Source: an uncultured candidate division Zixibacteria bacterium (GTDB taxonomy: Bacteria; Zixibacteria; MSB-5A5; UBA10806; 4484-95). Taken from it: a stretch of DNA of 64,000 bases. A program made the translations under genes and the position numbers. Below the pieces are notes generated by a model. The model ran no database searches. It saw nothing but the letters and a program-made list of their open reading frames with translations, and was not told the DNA's origin. Of the stretch, positions 1 to 11,337 are shown in pieces. The DNA is taken from assembly GCA_963668625.2 (NCBI GenBank), contig CAXXKA010000005.1:1-64000 (forward strand), read 5' to 3'. Positions within the stretch are counted from its first letter, which is position 1. Every line of letters begins with the position of its first letter.

Positions 1-3000
1 CAGGTTGAAACCAAACAGTTCGATCTGCCCGGCCTGCATCTGCCTTTAGGTGGCGGGTTAAACTATTTTGTCAGGGAAATAGGCGGAGAGCTTCTCTCTG
101 TGGATAATACGCAAAATATCAATATCACTTTCCGTGGTGATATACAGATGCCGGAACAGTTCTGGTGCGAGGGTGATAGCGGCCGCTCGAATGTAATGTC
201 AACGGCATTCACGATCAACTCGGGCGGGCAGCTATCGGGAGAGTTGGCTAATTTCATTCCCAACTGCCCGTTCGATATAGGTATCGGAAAGCTCACTATC
301 AACAATTCCAACGTTAACCTGTATGTCGATTCGGGCGATCAAAATGCGGTGATGGCGTTGTCCGGTAGTTTATCTATACCCGGAACTACGGAGGGCGATT
401 CCATCCAGGCCACCGGTGATATTACTTTCGATTTGATTCATGCCAGAATTATCGATGGCAGCATTGGTATAAACACGCCGTTTACCTGGAATATACCGAG
501 TGAAAATCCGGTGCTAACTTTCACCATCAACCAGGCTTTGCTCAATTCCGATGGCCTCCTGATAAACGGCTCGAATAATTTGAATCTTGCCGAAGGCGCC
601 TCGGTCGGCGTGCAGTTCGATAATCTCGTTGTGGATATAAACACATTCGAGGTAACCTCCGGCAACGCCATATTCTCGAGTCAATTCGCGCTAAAATTCG
701 TATCCGAGGTCGGCGGGCTCAACTGGAGTGCGGTCGATATCGGTTCCGGTATCGAGGAGGCAACCGGAGTAAGGTTGACTCTTCCCGAAAATGTCTCACT
801 ACGACCGGGCGGACTGGCAATGAGCGGCTCCGCTAATATATTTATACGTTTCGATAATGAGGATTACCCCAATGTCTCGGCGCAATTTTCCGAATCGTTC
901 AATATCGATTTCTCGCCGTTTGGAGTATCGCGCGGGCGGGCCGATTTCTATATCGAGCAGGATATGGTTGCTTTCGTCGATAGCATGGGTTTTCATCCCG
1001 GCAATTTTTTCGGCCTGTTGCCTTTACCCGAGAAACTACCGGTACCCGATACCTCGGTTGCCTACATAGTGCTTAAGCAGGGAGACCAGGTACTGGTCGA
1101 ATCGGAGGCGGTAGACGACGGTTTACGGATTTCTACACGAGACAATCAACCCGTGCAATTGGTTATCCCGGCACTTCAATACGAATCACCGGAGCCGCCG
1201 TCATTTGGTATTAATTTCAGTGTAGTCGTAAATATCACTACTTTCGAGCTTGTCGATGGTACGGTTTCGATTACCCCGCCGGAAGGGGAGCAATCGCTTT
1301 TATCATTGGCTCAGTCCGGTATACCTCTCGATCTCACGCAACTTATCTATGCGAATATCCAGAACACTCCGACATTCATGGCCAGCGCTAAAATAGCTTT
1401 GCCCGAGGCGCTGGGCGGAGTTAATGTCAGTCTCGATTCGCTGGTAATATCGGCCGATGGATTTTCCGGGCAGGTTACGCTGGGGCAATTTACCGACCAC
1501 TACCAGCCCGGCGCGGAGTATGTAGCAGATGTGCCTATTGGCGAGATGTTCAATTTCAAAGTCGGCGGCGTGCAGGCCAATTTCTCCATGCAGGAATTCG
1601 ATTTCAGATTTTGCGGTGATATTCAAACTCAGCTATTTTCAAACGAGGGGGATACGGCCGCAATACATTATGTAGCCGCATATCAAAACAATGATTTCGG
1701 TTTCAGTTTCGATATATCTCATCTCCCCGATGCCAAACTGCCGTTGTTCATAGCCTCGTTCCGTCCCGAATCGATAGGCGAAAGCCCGGCGTTCGATCTG
1801 AATTTCCCGGAGGGTGGTTTTGCCCTGACTCTTTCGGGAACGCTGGAGTTGGAGGATTTCGGCGATGGCTTCTCCGTATCATTCGCCGGCTTGAAAATAT
1901 CGCAGGATGGTGTAACCGTTCCTGATGTTAATATCACGACACCGGATGATTTTCTCAATTTCACCCTGTTCAGCGCGCAGTTCGAAATCAAGGATATCGA
2001 GAATCACCCCGGCTTATCGTTCGACTATGATAACGATGTATTCTATATATCACTAAGCGGCGCGATTACTTTCCTCGACAACACAAGCACGTTTAACGGT
2101 TTTAAAATCGGTACCAACGGTTCGGTGAGTATCGAAGGCGTGAGCCTCTTGAGCCAGGAGCTTTATATCGTAGATGATTACCTGGCGTTGACTCAACTGG
2201 GGATTCAATCGAACAACATGATAGTCGAGGGATTCGCGAAACTCCCCGATCCCTGCGATACTTCTCGTCAGGTGTTCAACCTCTCGATCAGTCCGAATGG
2301 AACCATAGACGGCGGGGCGAATATTGTTATCTTTAACGAACAGCCCGGCCTGGGTAATAACGATGATACCGAGCTGCCGCTATGGGTTGCCACTTTCGAC
2401 CCTACATATGCCGCTATCGACTTCGATTTCGGCGATCTCGATCAAAGTTCGCTGCAACTTTGCGCGGATATGTATTTCATGAACGATGCCAACAGATGGG
2501 TTCATCTGGGCACGAGATCCGGGGGCGTGGTCAATCCCGGATTCGAGGTACGTTTCGACGGCCATGTGCGCTGGGGAAATCTGGAATCCTCGCCGCAACT
2601 GTTTAACTGTGACTGGGAGGCGTTAAAACTGGATTCGCTACGATTCGCCTCATTCGATACCGAACAAGCCGATTTCGGTTTATCGATATCCGGCAAGCTC
2701 AACGTTAACATATCGGGTGTCGGCGGTGGCTTGCAATTCGAGGATTTGCGCGTCACCTCCTCGGGTGATGTCGATAACCTGGCGGGCTCGATTGTCGGCG
2801 GCGATATCACGATTACGGATATGGTTACGATCTCCATCGCGAATATAGGCTGGAGCTCATCGCCAACCGATATCGAGGTCTCCGGTGGCGCCTCATGCAA
2901 CAATATAGGCGGCGCGCCGGAAACCCAAAACAATACCGTACATGTTCAGAGCTATTTCCGTTTCGGCGCCTCGATCGATATAGCCGATGTTGGCGGAGGC

Positions 3001-6000
3001 GGCATTCGAGATTTCTTAGCATATAAAACCGAGAACTCCACGCATATCATAATAGATAGCGCCTATGTGAATATCCCTGAGGTAGTGGTTTTCACACTGG
3101 ATTTTACTTACGAATCAGTTCAGGGCGAGGGTTTCGCTCTGTTGATGGGGGGACAGGGATTATTCGTAAATACTTACGGTATCGCTGTCGTGGGCAAGAT
3201 AGCCAATCTCGGCGGCGAGACAAGTTTCGGGTTATTCGTCGCGGTTGATGTCACGATAACGATACCGCCTTGCCTCGTGATAACCGGTTTGGGAGGAGGA
3301 TTTTTCTACAATCCCACTGAATGTGATCTCGCCTTAGTCCGCGAAATGGCAGGCTTTGGCGATGCTAACCCCGCCGGCGATGAAATGAACGCCGATCCCG
3401 GACGATTCGCCGTGCTGCTCTATGGGCAGTTGGCTGTCGTTAATGATTACCTGGTTTACGGCCGGGTGTTGATAACGATCACCGAAGGATATTTCCGTCT
3501 GGATGGCCGGGTCGTACTGCTAAATCAGGATGCTTATTTAAAAGGCTCTATTTATCTGATGGTCGGTTTCCGCAATGGTTTCGCCGAGGGTAATATCGAG
3601 ATCGAGGTATTGGTCGGCGAGTTCATTAAAGGTAATGCCGGACTGAGTTTCTTCGTATACGGAGCGGATGCCTGGGGTATTCGCGGCTGGGTGGATATGG
3701 AGATCATGAGTCTTCTGGATGCCGAAGCGAATCTCTTCATAGGCAATCCCGGTTTCCTGGTTAGTATGAGGATGACCTACGGATTCAACATCTGGATTCT
3801 CGAAATTAATGCAGGTTTCGAGGCGATGGCCTGGTATCAGGTTAATGTCTCATGGGGGTTATACGCCAAAGTTTGGATAGAGGCCGAGGCATTCTGGGGA
3901 GTGGTTACCGCCAAAGGCTGGTTGGAGGCGGCCCTGATCAAGAAACAGGACTGGTATATATTCGGCCTGGCGGGTGTTCGCGGATGTGTGCTTGGTGTTT
4001 GCAAGTCGGCCAGTGTCTGGGTGAAAATCCATGATGGTGATATAGATGGTGGTACGGGAAGAAATTCCGAGATGGATGATATGATTGATGAGGCGAAGAA
4101 TATCGGCAACGATATGGAAGAAGAAGCCGCGGCGGCGCAGGATGCTATTAATGATGCTATAGTTGAACAGTTCTTGCTGACCGACCAGCAGCTCATAGAT
4201 GCTTTCACGAATCTTTATAAATACTCGCAACTCCTGCGGAACGACAATTTAATCGCCCGGATATTCGGGGCGCTATTCTTAACCTATGTCGGCGATATAC
4301 AGGAGATGGAGTTCAGTCGAGGTCAGGCGCCGGTAAATCCCAATAACCAGTATTGCTCCGATAGAAATTACTATGATCCCAGTTTGTGTAGCTCTATGTG
4401 GAGTATGCATCGTATGGCAAATGCACAGGAAAGAATATACTTACCGCAAATTTACGATAACTACTTCCTCAATCAAAGCGCTCCCAACCCCGATAGCCGC
4501 GATTCGCTGTTTAACGCTCGTGATAGGATCGACCAGTTAATCGACCAATTCGATAGCGACCGTAATCAGCTATCGGCGCGTTTGAGCCAAATTGCCTCCG
4601 ATATGTCTGGCATCCCCGAACTCGAATTCGCTTTCGGCAACCCGGTAAGCTCCGCCAGCTTCGATTTCGAGGCCGAGGAATATCAACAGGGTGATTCGAC
4701 ATTCAAACGCGCGGTCTCTATGCCTGATTTTTCGCTGGATGAGGCTCTGGCTACCGGCAATGAGCAACAGATGGAGCAGGCTGAGGAGGAATTCCAGGCC
4801 TACGAACAAGCCATTGTCGATAGAATCGGAATGCTTGAATCGGGGCTACAATCGATTACCGAGGCTCTCCAGAGCGAGGGCGATATCAATATCGAACGAT
4901 TCGGCGACAGCTATGCCGATCTGGTGTTCGAGATAGGCATGTTTTTCACCGCCAACCAGCAGTATAACGATCAGGAACGAGGCTACGCCGCCGACATGGC
5001 CTCTCAGATTGGCACGATGGCGGGGCAGATTAATTCCATCATGAACATGAAATCGATGGGTATGCTCCCCGATGAGCTTCGAGATTTAGCCTGGGAAAGA
5101 AAAAAAGCAGTGTTGAAATTCGGACTCGACTGGGATTTAAGCGATGATAGCCTGACATTTTTCACGGCCTGGGAGGCTATAAACAATCAACCCAATGCCG
5201 CTTCGATAAAACGTCAGGTTTGCACAGATGCCGGTGTTGAACTATGGTTCCAGATGTGTCACAAAGGATTCCAGTACCTCGACTCAATGACTACCGTAAG
5301 GATACAATCGGGTATTCCGACCCAATACGAGGATGAGCTTGCCAATATCGCGCTTTCGCAAACCGCTTACACCCAATCGCTCGATCCGCTCTATGACGCC
5401 CGGGTAGCGCTTTCGGAGAAACTCTTCGATATCGTTTCGCTCTATGGCGAGTGGCAGGAGCAACAACCGGATTCGGTAGAGTGGATACTTCCCGTGGCGC
5501 AGGTGCAATCAAAGAAGTCCGCTTTGATGCAGCAGTTGCAGGCGCCGGTGATAAATACAGTCAATGTTTCTACGATGAATAACAATTACTGGAATTACGG
5601 CGCGATGAACTGGTCGGCCTCGCATCCGCGCGGGATTTTCGACTACGCAGTGAATATCCAGAAACAGGGGCAACCGCAGGAGGGAGTCGGATTCCAGAGT
5701 GTTGGAGATCGAATGAGCATGATAAGATATTTCCTCCAGCATGATAATATTACCGCCGAAAATTGGACATTGACACTACGAGCGAGAGGCGGCGCAGGCT
5801 ACATGAATCAACGTCAAACTAATTTCACCACTTATTTCTCTGCCTTGGGCGGCGGTGGAATCGGTGACTATGAGCAGTTCTATATCGATGCCGACTACAC
5901 ACCGCCCTCGAGTCCGGTGATTTCATTCCCTGAATATCCGATGAGAATGGTTTCGACTTACTTTCCTCAGATGGGTTATTATATCGATATACCGTACTAT

Positions 6001-7332
6001 TATTCGTCCTCCGCCAACCAGATCTATGCCGAGTGGTCGGCTTACGATGACGAGTCCGGCGTGGTTGAGTATGAATACTCGGTTGGCACCTCACAGCTTG
6101 GCACAAACATAGTCAACTGGACATCGGTGGGAGGCCAGGATGATCTGAATATCTACGGCGTGAATCTTCAGAATGGACAGACATACTATGTAAATGCTAA
6201 AGCCCGGAATGGTGGAAATCTGTGGAGTTCCGCGGCGTATTCACCGAGATTGAAAATCGATACGACTCCACCGACAGCGCCGACTATTAGATACGTATAT
6301 CAATTCGGGGGTCCATACGGAGGTCCGTTCGGTGGACCGATTAATCCGCCGCCAATTATACCGCCCGTACCCTTACCGGAGGCATTGATTCCGCCGATTG
6401 ATCCACCCGGTCAGGTATTTATTCCATATTTCCCCGGAGCCGAACCGACACTATCAGCCCTGTGGAACGCCAGCATCGACAATGAATCCGGCGTTTATGG
6501 CTATCAATACCGCTTGATCTCCGCCACGGATACGGTTGAGCGTTCCGAGGATTGGGTTTTCGTTGATGATGTTTTAGGCGTTACTATCGAGGATGATTTC
6601 ATTACCTACTCCGATTCATTCTATATCGATATCGAGGCGCTTAACTATGCCGGAATTACCGGCCCTGCTTTGCGAGTCGGCCCCCATACTCCGCGAGATC
6701 CCAGCCCGCCCTCGCGACCAATGGCGGGATTAACCTACGGCCTCCCCGGCGGTACGAATTATATTATCTTCAGTATCCGTTCAGCCGACTACGAAACCGG
6801 TGTCGATCATTATGAACTGGCTATCGGTTCGCTGCCCGGCTCGACGAACATTATCGATTGGGGATATCCGTTCTCACCGAATGATATCGGTACAGCCTCC
6901 AGCTACCTACTGCCAGATTTCGGATTAGCTCCCGGCGGTTCTTACTACATTAATTTAAGAGCAGTCAACGGGCAGGGGATGGCGAGCGAAATCTGCGCTA
7001 CCGGACCTTACGAGATCGATAATACTCCGCCTGTAACTCCCCGTGTTACGCCATCGATCGTCGAAAGCGGAAGAATGCGTTTGCTGAACCTGGCATTCTC
7101 GAATATCAGCGATCCCGAGACCGGCGTTGAATATATCGAATATGCGGTAGGTACGGCTAACGGCAGAACGGATATATCCGGTTGGACTCCGATAGACCTT
7201 GTAGATGAAACCTGGATCAACTATATATTGTTGCATTGGGCCAGGCCTCAAACATATTATATCGGAGTGCGAACGACAAACGGTGTTAATTTGAAATCAC
7301 AAGAGTTCTGGACGAATATTTATGTATATTAG
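1..7332 (+). CDS. Giant (>2440 aa) protein, 5'-truncated by the window edge: repetitive beta-rich N-region, long helical/coiled middle, Pro-rich linker and C-terminal FN3-like repeats
   Basis: Frame is open from base 1 (QVETKQFDLPG...) through the GTG at 100 to TAG at 7330-7332. FN3-like motifs (W-S-A-x-D-x-ESG...Y-x-Y, 'DTTPP') recur in the last ~550 aa. No T9SS CTD. Confidence 0.85.
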   Translation, partial: QVETKQFDLPGLHLPLGGGLNYFVREIGGELLSVDNTQNINITFRGDIQMPEQFWCEGDSGRSNVMSTAFTINSGGQLSGELANFIPNCPFDIGIGKLTINNSNVNLYVDSGDQNAVMALSGSLSIPGTTEGDSIQATGDITFDLIHARIIDGSIGINTPFTWNIPSENPVLTFTINQALLNSDGLLINGSNNLNLAEGASVGVQFDNLVVDINTFEVTSGNAIFSSQFALKFVSEVGGLNWSAVDIGSGIEEATGVRLTLPENVSLRPGGLAMSGSANIFIRFDNEDYPNVSAQFSESFNIDFSPFGVSRGRADFYIEQDMVAFVDSMGFHPGNFFGLLPLPEKLPVPDTSVAYIVLKQGDQVLVESEAVDDGLRISTRDNQPVQLVIPALQYESPEPPSFGINFSVVVNITTFELVDGTVSITPPEGEQSLLSLAQSGIPLDLTQLIYANIQNTPTFMASAKIALPEALGGVNVSLDSLVISADGFSGQVTLGQFTDHYQPGAEYVADVPIGEMFNFKVGGVQANFSMQEFDFRFCGDIQTQLFSNEGDTAAIHYVAAYQNNDFGFSFDISHLPDAKLPLFIASFRPESIGESPAFDLNFPEGGFALTLSGTLELEDFGDGFSVSFAGLKISQDGVTVPDVNITTPDDFLNFTLFSAQFEIKDIENHPGLSFDYDNDVFYISLSGAITFLDNTSTFNGFKIGTNGSVSIEGVSLLSQELYIVDDYLALTQLGIQSNNMIVEGFAKLPDPCDTSRQVFNLSISPNGTIDGGANIVIFNEQPGLGNNDDTELPLWVATFDPTYAAIDFDFGDLDQSSLQLCADMYFMNDANRWVHLGTRSGGVVNPGFEVRFDGHVRWGNLESSPQLFNCDWEALKLDSLRFASFDTEQADFGLSISGKLNVNISGVGGGLQFEDLRVTSSGDVDNLAGSIVGGDITITDMVTISIANIGWSSSPTDIEVSGGASCNNIGGAPETQNNTVHVQSYFRFGASIDIADVGGGGIRDFLAYKTENSTHIIIDSAYVNIPEVVVFTLDFTYESVQGEGFALLMGGQGLFVNTYGIAVVGKIANLGGETSFGLFVAVDVTITIPPCLVITGLGGGFFYNPTECDLALVREMAGFGDANPAGDEMNADPGRFAVLLYGQLAVVNDYLVYGRVLITITEGYFRLDGRVVLLNQDAYLKGSIYLMVGFRNGFAEGNIEIEVLVGEFIKGNAGLSFFVYGADAWGIRGWVDMEIMSLLDAEANLFIGNPGFLVSMRMTYGFNIWILEINAGFEAMAWYQVNVSWGLYAKVWIEAEAFWGVVTAKGWLEAALIKKQDWYIFGLAGVRGCVLGVCKSASVWVKIHDGDIDGGTGRNSEMDDMIDEAKNIGNDMEEEAAAAQDAINDAIVEQFLLTDQQLIDAFTNLYKYSQLLRNDNLIARIFGALFLTYVGDIQEMEFSRGQAPVNPNNQYCSDRNYYDPSLCSSMWSMHRMANAQERIYLPQIYDNYFLNQSAPNPDSRDSLFNARDRIDQLIDQFDSDRNQLSARLSQIASDMSGIPELEFAFGNPVSSASFDFEAEEYQQGDSTFKRAVSMPDFSLDEALATGNEQQMEQAEEEFQAYEQAIVDRIGMLESGLQSITEALQSEGDINIERFGDSYADLVFEIGMFFTANQQYNDQERGYAADMASQIGTMAGQINSIMNMKSMGMLPDELRDLAWERKKAVLKFGLDWDLSDDSLTFFTAWEAINNQPNAASIKRQVCTDAGVELWFQMCHKGFQYLDSMTTVRIQSGIPTQYEDELANIALSQTAYTQSLDPLYDARVALSEKLFDIVSLYGEWQEQQPDSVEWILPVAQVQSKKSALMQQLQAPVINTVNVSTMNNNYWNYGAMNWSASHPRGIFDYAVNIQKQGQPQEGVGFQSVGDRMSMIRYFLQHDNITAENWTLTLRARGGAGYMNQRQTNFTTYFSALGGGGIGDYEQFYIDADYTPPSSPVISFPEYPMRMVSTYFPQMGYYIDIPYYYSSSANQIYAEWSAYDDESGVVEYEYSVGTSQLGTNIVNWTSVGGQDDLNIYGVNLQNGQTYYVNAKARNGGNLWSSAAYSPRLKIDTTPPTAPTIRYVYQFGGPYGGPFGGPINPPPIIPPVPLPEALIPPIDPPGQVFIPYFPGAEPTLSALWNASIDNESGVYGYQYRLISATDTVERSEDWVFVDDVLGVTIEDDFITYSDSFYIDIEALNYAGITGPALRVGPHTPRDPSPPSRPMAGLTYGLPGGTNYIIFSIRSADYETGVDHYELAIGSLPGSTNIIDWGYPFSPNDIGTASSYLLPDFGLAPGGSYYINLRAVNGQGMASEICATGPYEIDNTPPVTPRVTPSIVESGRMRLLNLAFSNISDPETGVEYIEYAVGTANGRTDISGWTPIDLVDETWINYILLHWARPQTYYIGVRTTNGVNLKSQEFWTNIYVY

Positions 7333-7341
7333 GAGTAGAAC

Positions 7342-9305
7342 ATGAAGAAGCTCGTTATAATAGCGGCCGTACTTTGTATGCTGGGGCAGATAGCGCAGGC
7401 GCAAATTCGGCAGGAGATAATTCCCATAGCCTCGGGCGATTCGGTTGCCTTGATACTAACCATTCCGCCAAGCTCGACCGAAAGCTTCCATGTCTACCGC
7501 CAAGGGCCGTTACCCGATAGCAAGGAGTATATCTGGTTAACCTCAGGCAGCCCTGTCAAACCTTTCGTGGATGCCTCACGGGTCAAAGCAGTTGTTGGTA
7601 ATGATTGGCGCATGCTGACAAGCGCGTTCGGTACCGAGGAGCCGTTCGAGATATTGCGCAAGCTTCGTGGGGATGATTTTATCGGTATGGTACATTCACT
7701 TCTGAGCCCGCAAATTGCCCGGCTTACCGGCAGATGGTATCTCGATACCCGGTGGAGAAAGGCGGTAAATACAATTACAAAATCGTGATAGTGAGTTCCA
7801 GCGGCAAGGAGCGGAAAACTCTTGAATGTGCGGTAACGGTTAACGATATTTTGCCGCAAGCGCCTACAAATCTAAAAGCTGAAATAAGCGATGGTAAAGT
7901 CGAGCTGACCTGGCAGTATCCCGAATGGAGTGGCAGCTATGATGATTTAGCTATGCAGTATTACGTGCATCGCAAGAAAGCCGGCGGGGAGTACAGCAAG
8001 CTGGATCATTTCCCGATAATCCGGGATGCTTTAACAGCGCCCTCGTACATAGACCGCTGGCTTGAAAACGGCATGGAGTACACTTATTTCATTACCGCCG
8101 TCGATCCCCTCGGCCGCCAGAGCGCAGGATCAGCCGAACTTGTCGTTATCCCGAAAGATAATCAGCCACCATCCCAGGCAGATGGGCTAACCGCAAATCC
8201 TGCCGATGGAGTGATTACTCTGTCATGGAATATGAGCCTCGAACTTGATGTCGAGGGCTACAATATCTATCGTTCCGAGGGACTACGCGAGGATTATATC
8301 AAACTGAATGGATCCCTGATTGATCTGGAAAAGCCGTCTTATTATGATTCATCCATTGCTAACGGAGTGCAGTATTTCTACACCGTAACTGCGATGGACA
8401 TTTCAGGTAACGAGAGCAGACAAAGTAATGCTATCACCGCTTTAGGTGAGGATAGAACCCCACCCGATCCACCGATGAATCTAACCTATGAAATAAACGA
8501 TCGAGTCCTCACTCTTACATGGTCGGCCTCAAAAGCGAAAGATCTTTCAGGCTATTATGTCTATCGCGGGATGAGCGAGGATATACAACCGAAAATCATT
8601 CACGAGCCGTTTACCGATACGGTATATGCCGATAGCGGTTATCAGGCCGAGGGTATGACGCCGGGTAAATCATTCTGGGTTAGCCTGAGCGCCGTCGATA
8701 AATCGAGAAACGAAAGTGAAAAGATTTCTATGATAATCGAAATCCCCGATGATGTCCCACCGATATCACCGCAGGGATTTTATGCCGAAAACGTTAGCGG
8801 GCGATATGTCAATATCTCATGCTCGGCCAGCCCCTCTCTGGATGTTGCCAGCTATGGAATATTACGCAATGCCGAGGAAATCGCGAGGGTATACTCCGCG
8901 CCGATCTCTTACCGGGATTCCTCGGTAACTAAAGGCAATAGATATATCTATACATGCGTGGCGATTGATTCGGCGGGCAATCGAAGTTTGCCCGGCAAAG
9001 CCGATACCGTATTCGTTAAGGATACCTCGCCGCCACCATCGCCGCGAAACATCAAAGCCATCCGAACCGAACAGGGCATTCGATTGAAATGGGAGCGCGT
9101 GATTGATTTCGATCTTGTCGGGTACAATATCTATCGCTCAAACATACCCTCGGGAGTGTACGAAAAATTAAACGATAACCCATTGCCACCCGATAAATAC
9201 GATTTCCTCGACAACGGGGGAGAGATCACGCATTACTATAAGGTAAAAGCAGTTGACTCATCGGGAAACGAAAGTAAAAGGAGCAAAGCCGTTCATGCCG
9301 GTTAA
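7342..9305 (+). pseudogene. Secreted multi-fibronectin type III repeat protein split by a single -1 frameshift near 7748-7750 (real pseudogene or sequencing error)
   Basis: ORF 7342..7788 has an RBS (AGGAG) and a signal peptide. ORF 7734..9305 holds ~5-6 FN3 repeats. Adding one base in GATACCCGGTG restores the typical FN3 junction YLDT-P-VEKGGKYNYKI. Confidence 0.8.
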
Positions 9306-11337
9306 GAGGTTCATCCTCGTTATAACTATATTGTTATTGATATGCCTTCCGGGTAGATCCATTGGGCAAACTTTACTGGAACAGGGCATCCTGGCGTTTA
9401 ATATGGATGATTTCGTCGGCGCCGCCGATTATATAAGCCGCTATATCGATACCAACCCTTATTCGCAACAGGCTTACGAATACCTGGTTAACGCATACCT
9501 CGCCCTCGGTCAATCCAGGGATGCCTTAAGAACGCTCGAGACGGCCGTCAGATATTTCCCCGATATAGCGGAATTTTATAAATTGATGGGAAGGCTTTAC
9601 ACCCAGCAGGAGGATTACGAGAAAGCCCGCGAATCGTTGGAGAAATACCTCAAGCTTTCTCCCGGCGATATCGAGGCCGAAAGCCTGCTCAGTACCATAT
9701 GTTTCAACTGCGGTGTAATCTCTGCCCAGAGAAGCGACTATTTCCCGGCAATCGAGTATTTCGATCGAGCTATCGAGCTTGACTCCTCATACATGGAGGC
9801 TTATCAGAATAAAACCGCTTTGCTGATAGAGGTTAAGGATTTCCAGCAAGCCCAACACGATTTGGAGAAAGCAAGAAAGCGATTTCCCTATAACGATATT
9901 TTCGATAAAGCGTATTTCGATATTCTGGTGAGGCAGGAGAAATATCGCGAGGCTCTGCCGATCATGGAATCGATATCGGAGCGCGAGCCTGAGAATATCG
10001 ATCTCGCCCTGCAATTGGGGATACTTTATAGGTATCTGAACGAAATCGAAAAAGCGATGAGCCTCTACGATAATTTGATAAAGAAACATCCCCGTGAAAG
10101 AAAAATATACGAGGCCGTAATCGAATACTGGAGCAATTTCAATCGTCAGGATAAAATAAGACAAACCTACGAATTGATGCTCGAGGCTTTCCCCGATGAT
10201 ATCGAGATCGAAAAGGAAATAGCCGGTACTTACGAGCGAGATAACAAATGGTCTGAGGCTCGCGATCAATATGATAAATTGATTGAAACTCATCCGCGAA
10301 GACCCGAGTTTTATTTGCTTAAAGCCAATACGTATAGAAAGCAGGACAGCTTGCCCGAGGCAATAGTGACGCTCGAACAGGTATTGCGATTCGATAATAA
10401 AAACTATGCTGCTCTTAAAAAACTCGGATCCATATACGAAAGCGAGAATAATATATCCAGGACGCTCGAGATATACAGGAAAATGTACGACTATTATTCC
10501 GAAGATTATCATAGCGCTTATCATTTCGGGTTGGCTTACCTCAATAGCGATATGCTCGATTCAGCGGAGGTATATCTTACCGAGGCAAAAAACATATCAT
10601 CCTCCGAGGCTTCGCCGTATTTCGCTTTAGGACAGGTTGCCGTAAAACGAGGTAACAGCAGTGATGCCGCCGCCATGTTCAAAGAGGCCCTGAGCAGGGC
10701 TATCAAGCGAATGTCGCATCTACAGGAGGAGGCAAGATCGAGCTTATCCTCCGAGGACACCAAGCTCAGGCTTGACCAGCTCAGCAAGTACGAGTCGATG
10801 CAAAACAGGATCGAGTTGAACGAATATATTATCGAAAGCAGTCTGGACTATCTTAAAGAAAACTATAGTCATCGTAAATACGGTGATTTGTTGACCGGCT
10901 ACCTGAGGTTATATCCCTCGAGCATATTTCTTCACCTTTACCAGGCGCAATGGTTTAATAAAGATAATAAACCCGGCATGGTTAAAGAATCATATAAGAA
11001 AGTAATCTCCCTCAATCCTGAAGTAACGGAGGCTCATCTCGGGCTGGCAAAATGTTATGAGAACGAGAATGATTATGACAAAGCTATCAAATCGTACAAC
11101 CGCGCTTTAACGATCGAGGATGATAACATTACGGCCTACGATAGTATAATCCGTATTTATACGGAGCAAAACAGGCTGGATGAACTGGCCGATAAATGGC
11201 TGGCTAATTATCGAATGAAACCCGAAAACGAATTTCTCAGAGAGAGGCTGCTTGAGGTATTGCATAAAACCGGTCGTACCGATGAAGCTAAGCGATTAAT
11301 AGAATCAGTTAAAGATAAAGCGAGTGAAAATGAATAA
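9295..11337 (+). CDS. Secreted tetratricopeptide repeat protein
   Basis: Many TPR motifs. ATG at 9295 follows AAGGAG and precedes a hydrophobic signal peptide. Overlaps both neighbouring genes. Confidence 0.9.
   Translation: MPVKRFILVITILLLICLPGRSIGQTLLEQGILAFNMDDFVGAADYISRYIDTNPYSQQAYEYLVNAYLALGQSRDALRTLETAVRYFPDIAEFYKLMGRLYTQQEDYEKARESLEKYLKLSPGDIEAESLLSTICFNCGVISAQRSDYFPAIEYFDRAIELDSSYMEAYQNKTALLIEVKDFQQAQHDLEKARKRFPYNDIFDKAYFDILVRQEKYREALPIMESISEREPENIDLALQLGILYRYLNEIEKAMSLYDNLIKKHPRERKIYEAVIEYWSNFNRQDKIRQTYELMLEAFPDDIEIEKEIAGTYERDNKWSEARDQYDKLIETHPRRPEFYLLKANTYRKQDSLPEAIVTLEQVLRFDNKNYAALKKLGSIYESENNISRTLEIYRKMYDYYSEDYHSAYHFGLAYLNSDMLDSAEVYLTEAKNISSSEASPYFALGQVAVKRGNSSDAAAMFKEALSRAIKRMSHLQEEARSSLSSEDTKLRLDQLSKYESMQNRIELNEYIIESSLDYLKENYSHRKYGDLLTGYLRLYPSSIFLHLYQAQWFNKDNKPGMVKESYKKVISLNPEVTEAHLGLAKCYENENDYDKAIKSYNRALTIEDDNITAYDSIIRIYTEQNRLDELADKWLANYRMKPENEFLRERLLEVLHKTGRTDEAKRLIESVKDKASENE

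Noticed and set aside
9787-10524. 245-aa minus-strand ORF
   Set aside because: Antisense shadow of the TPR gene with no recognisable motifs.
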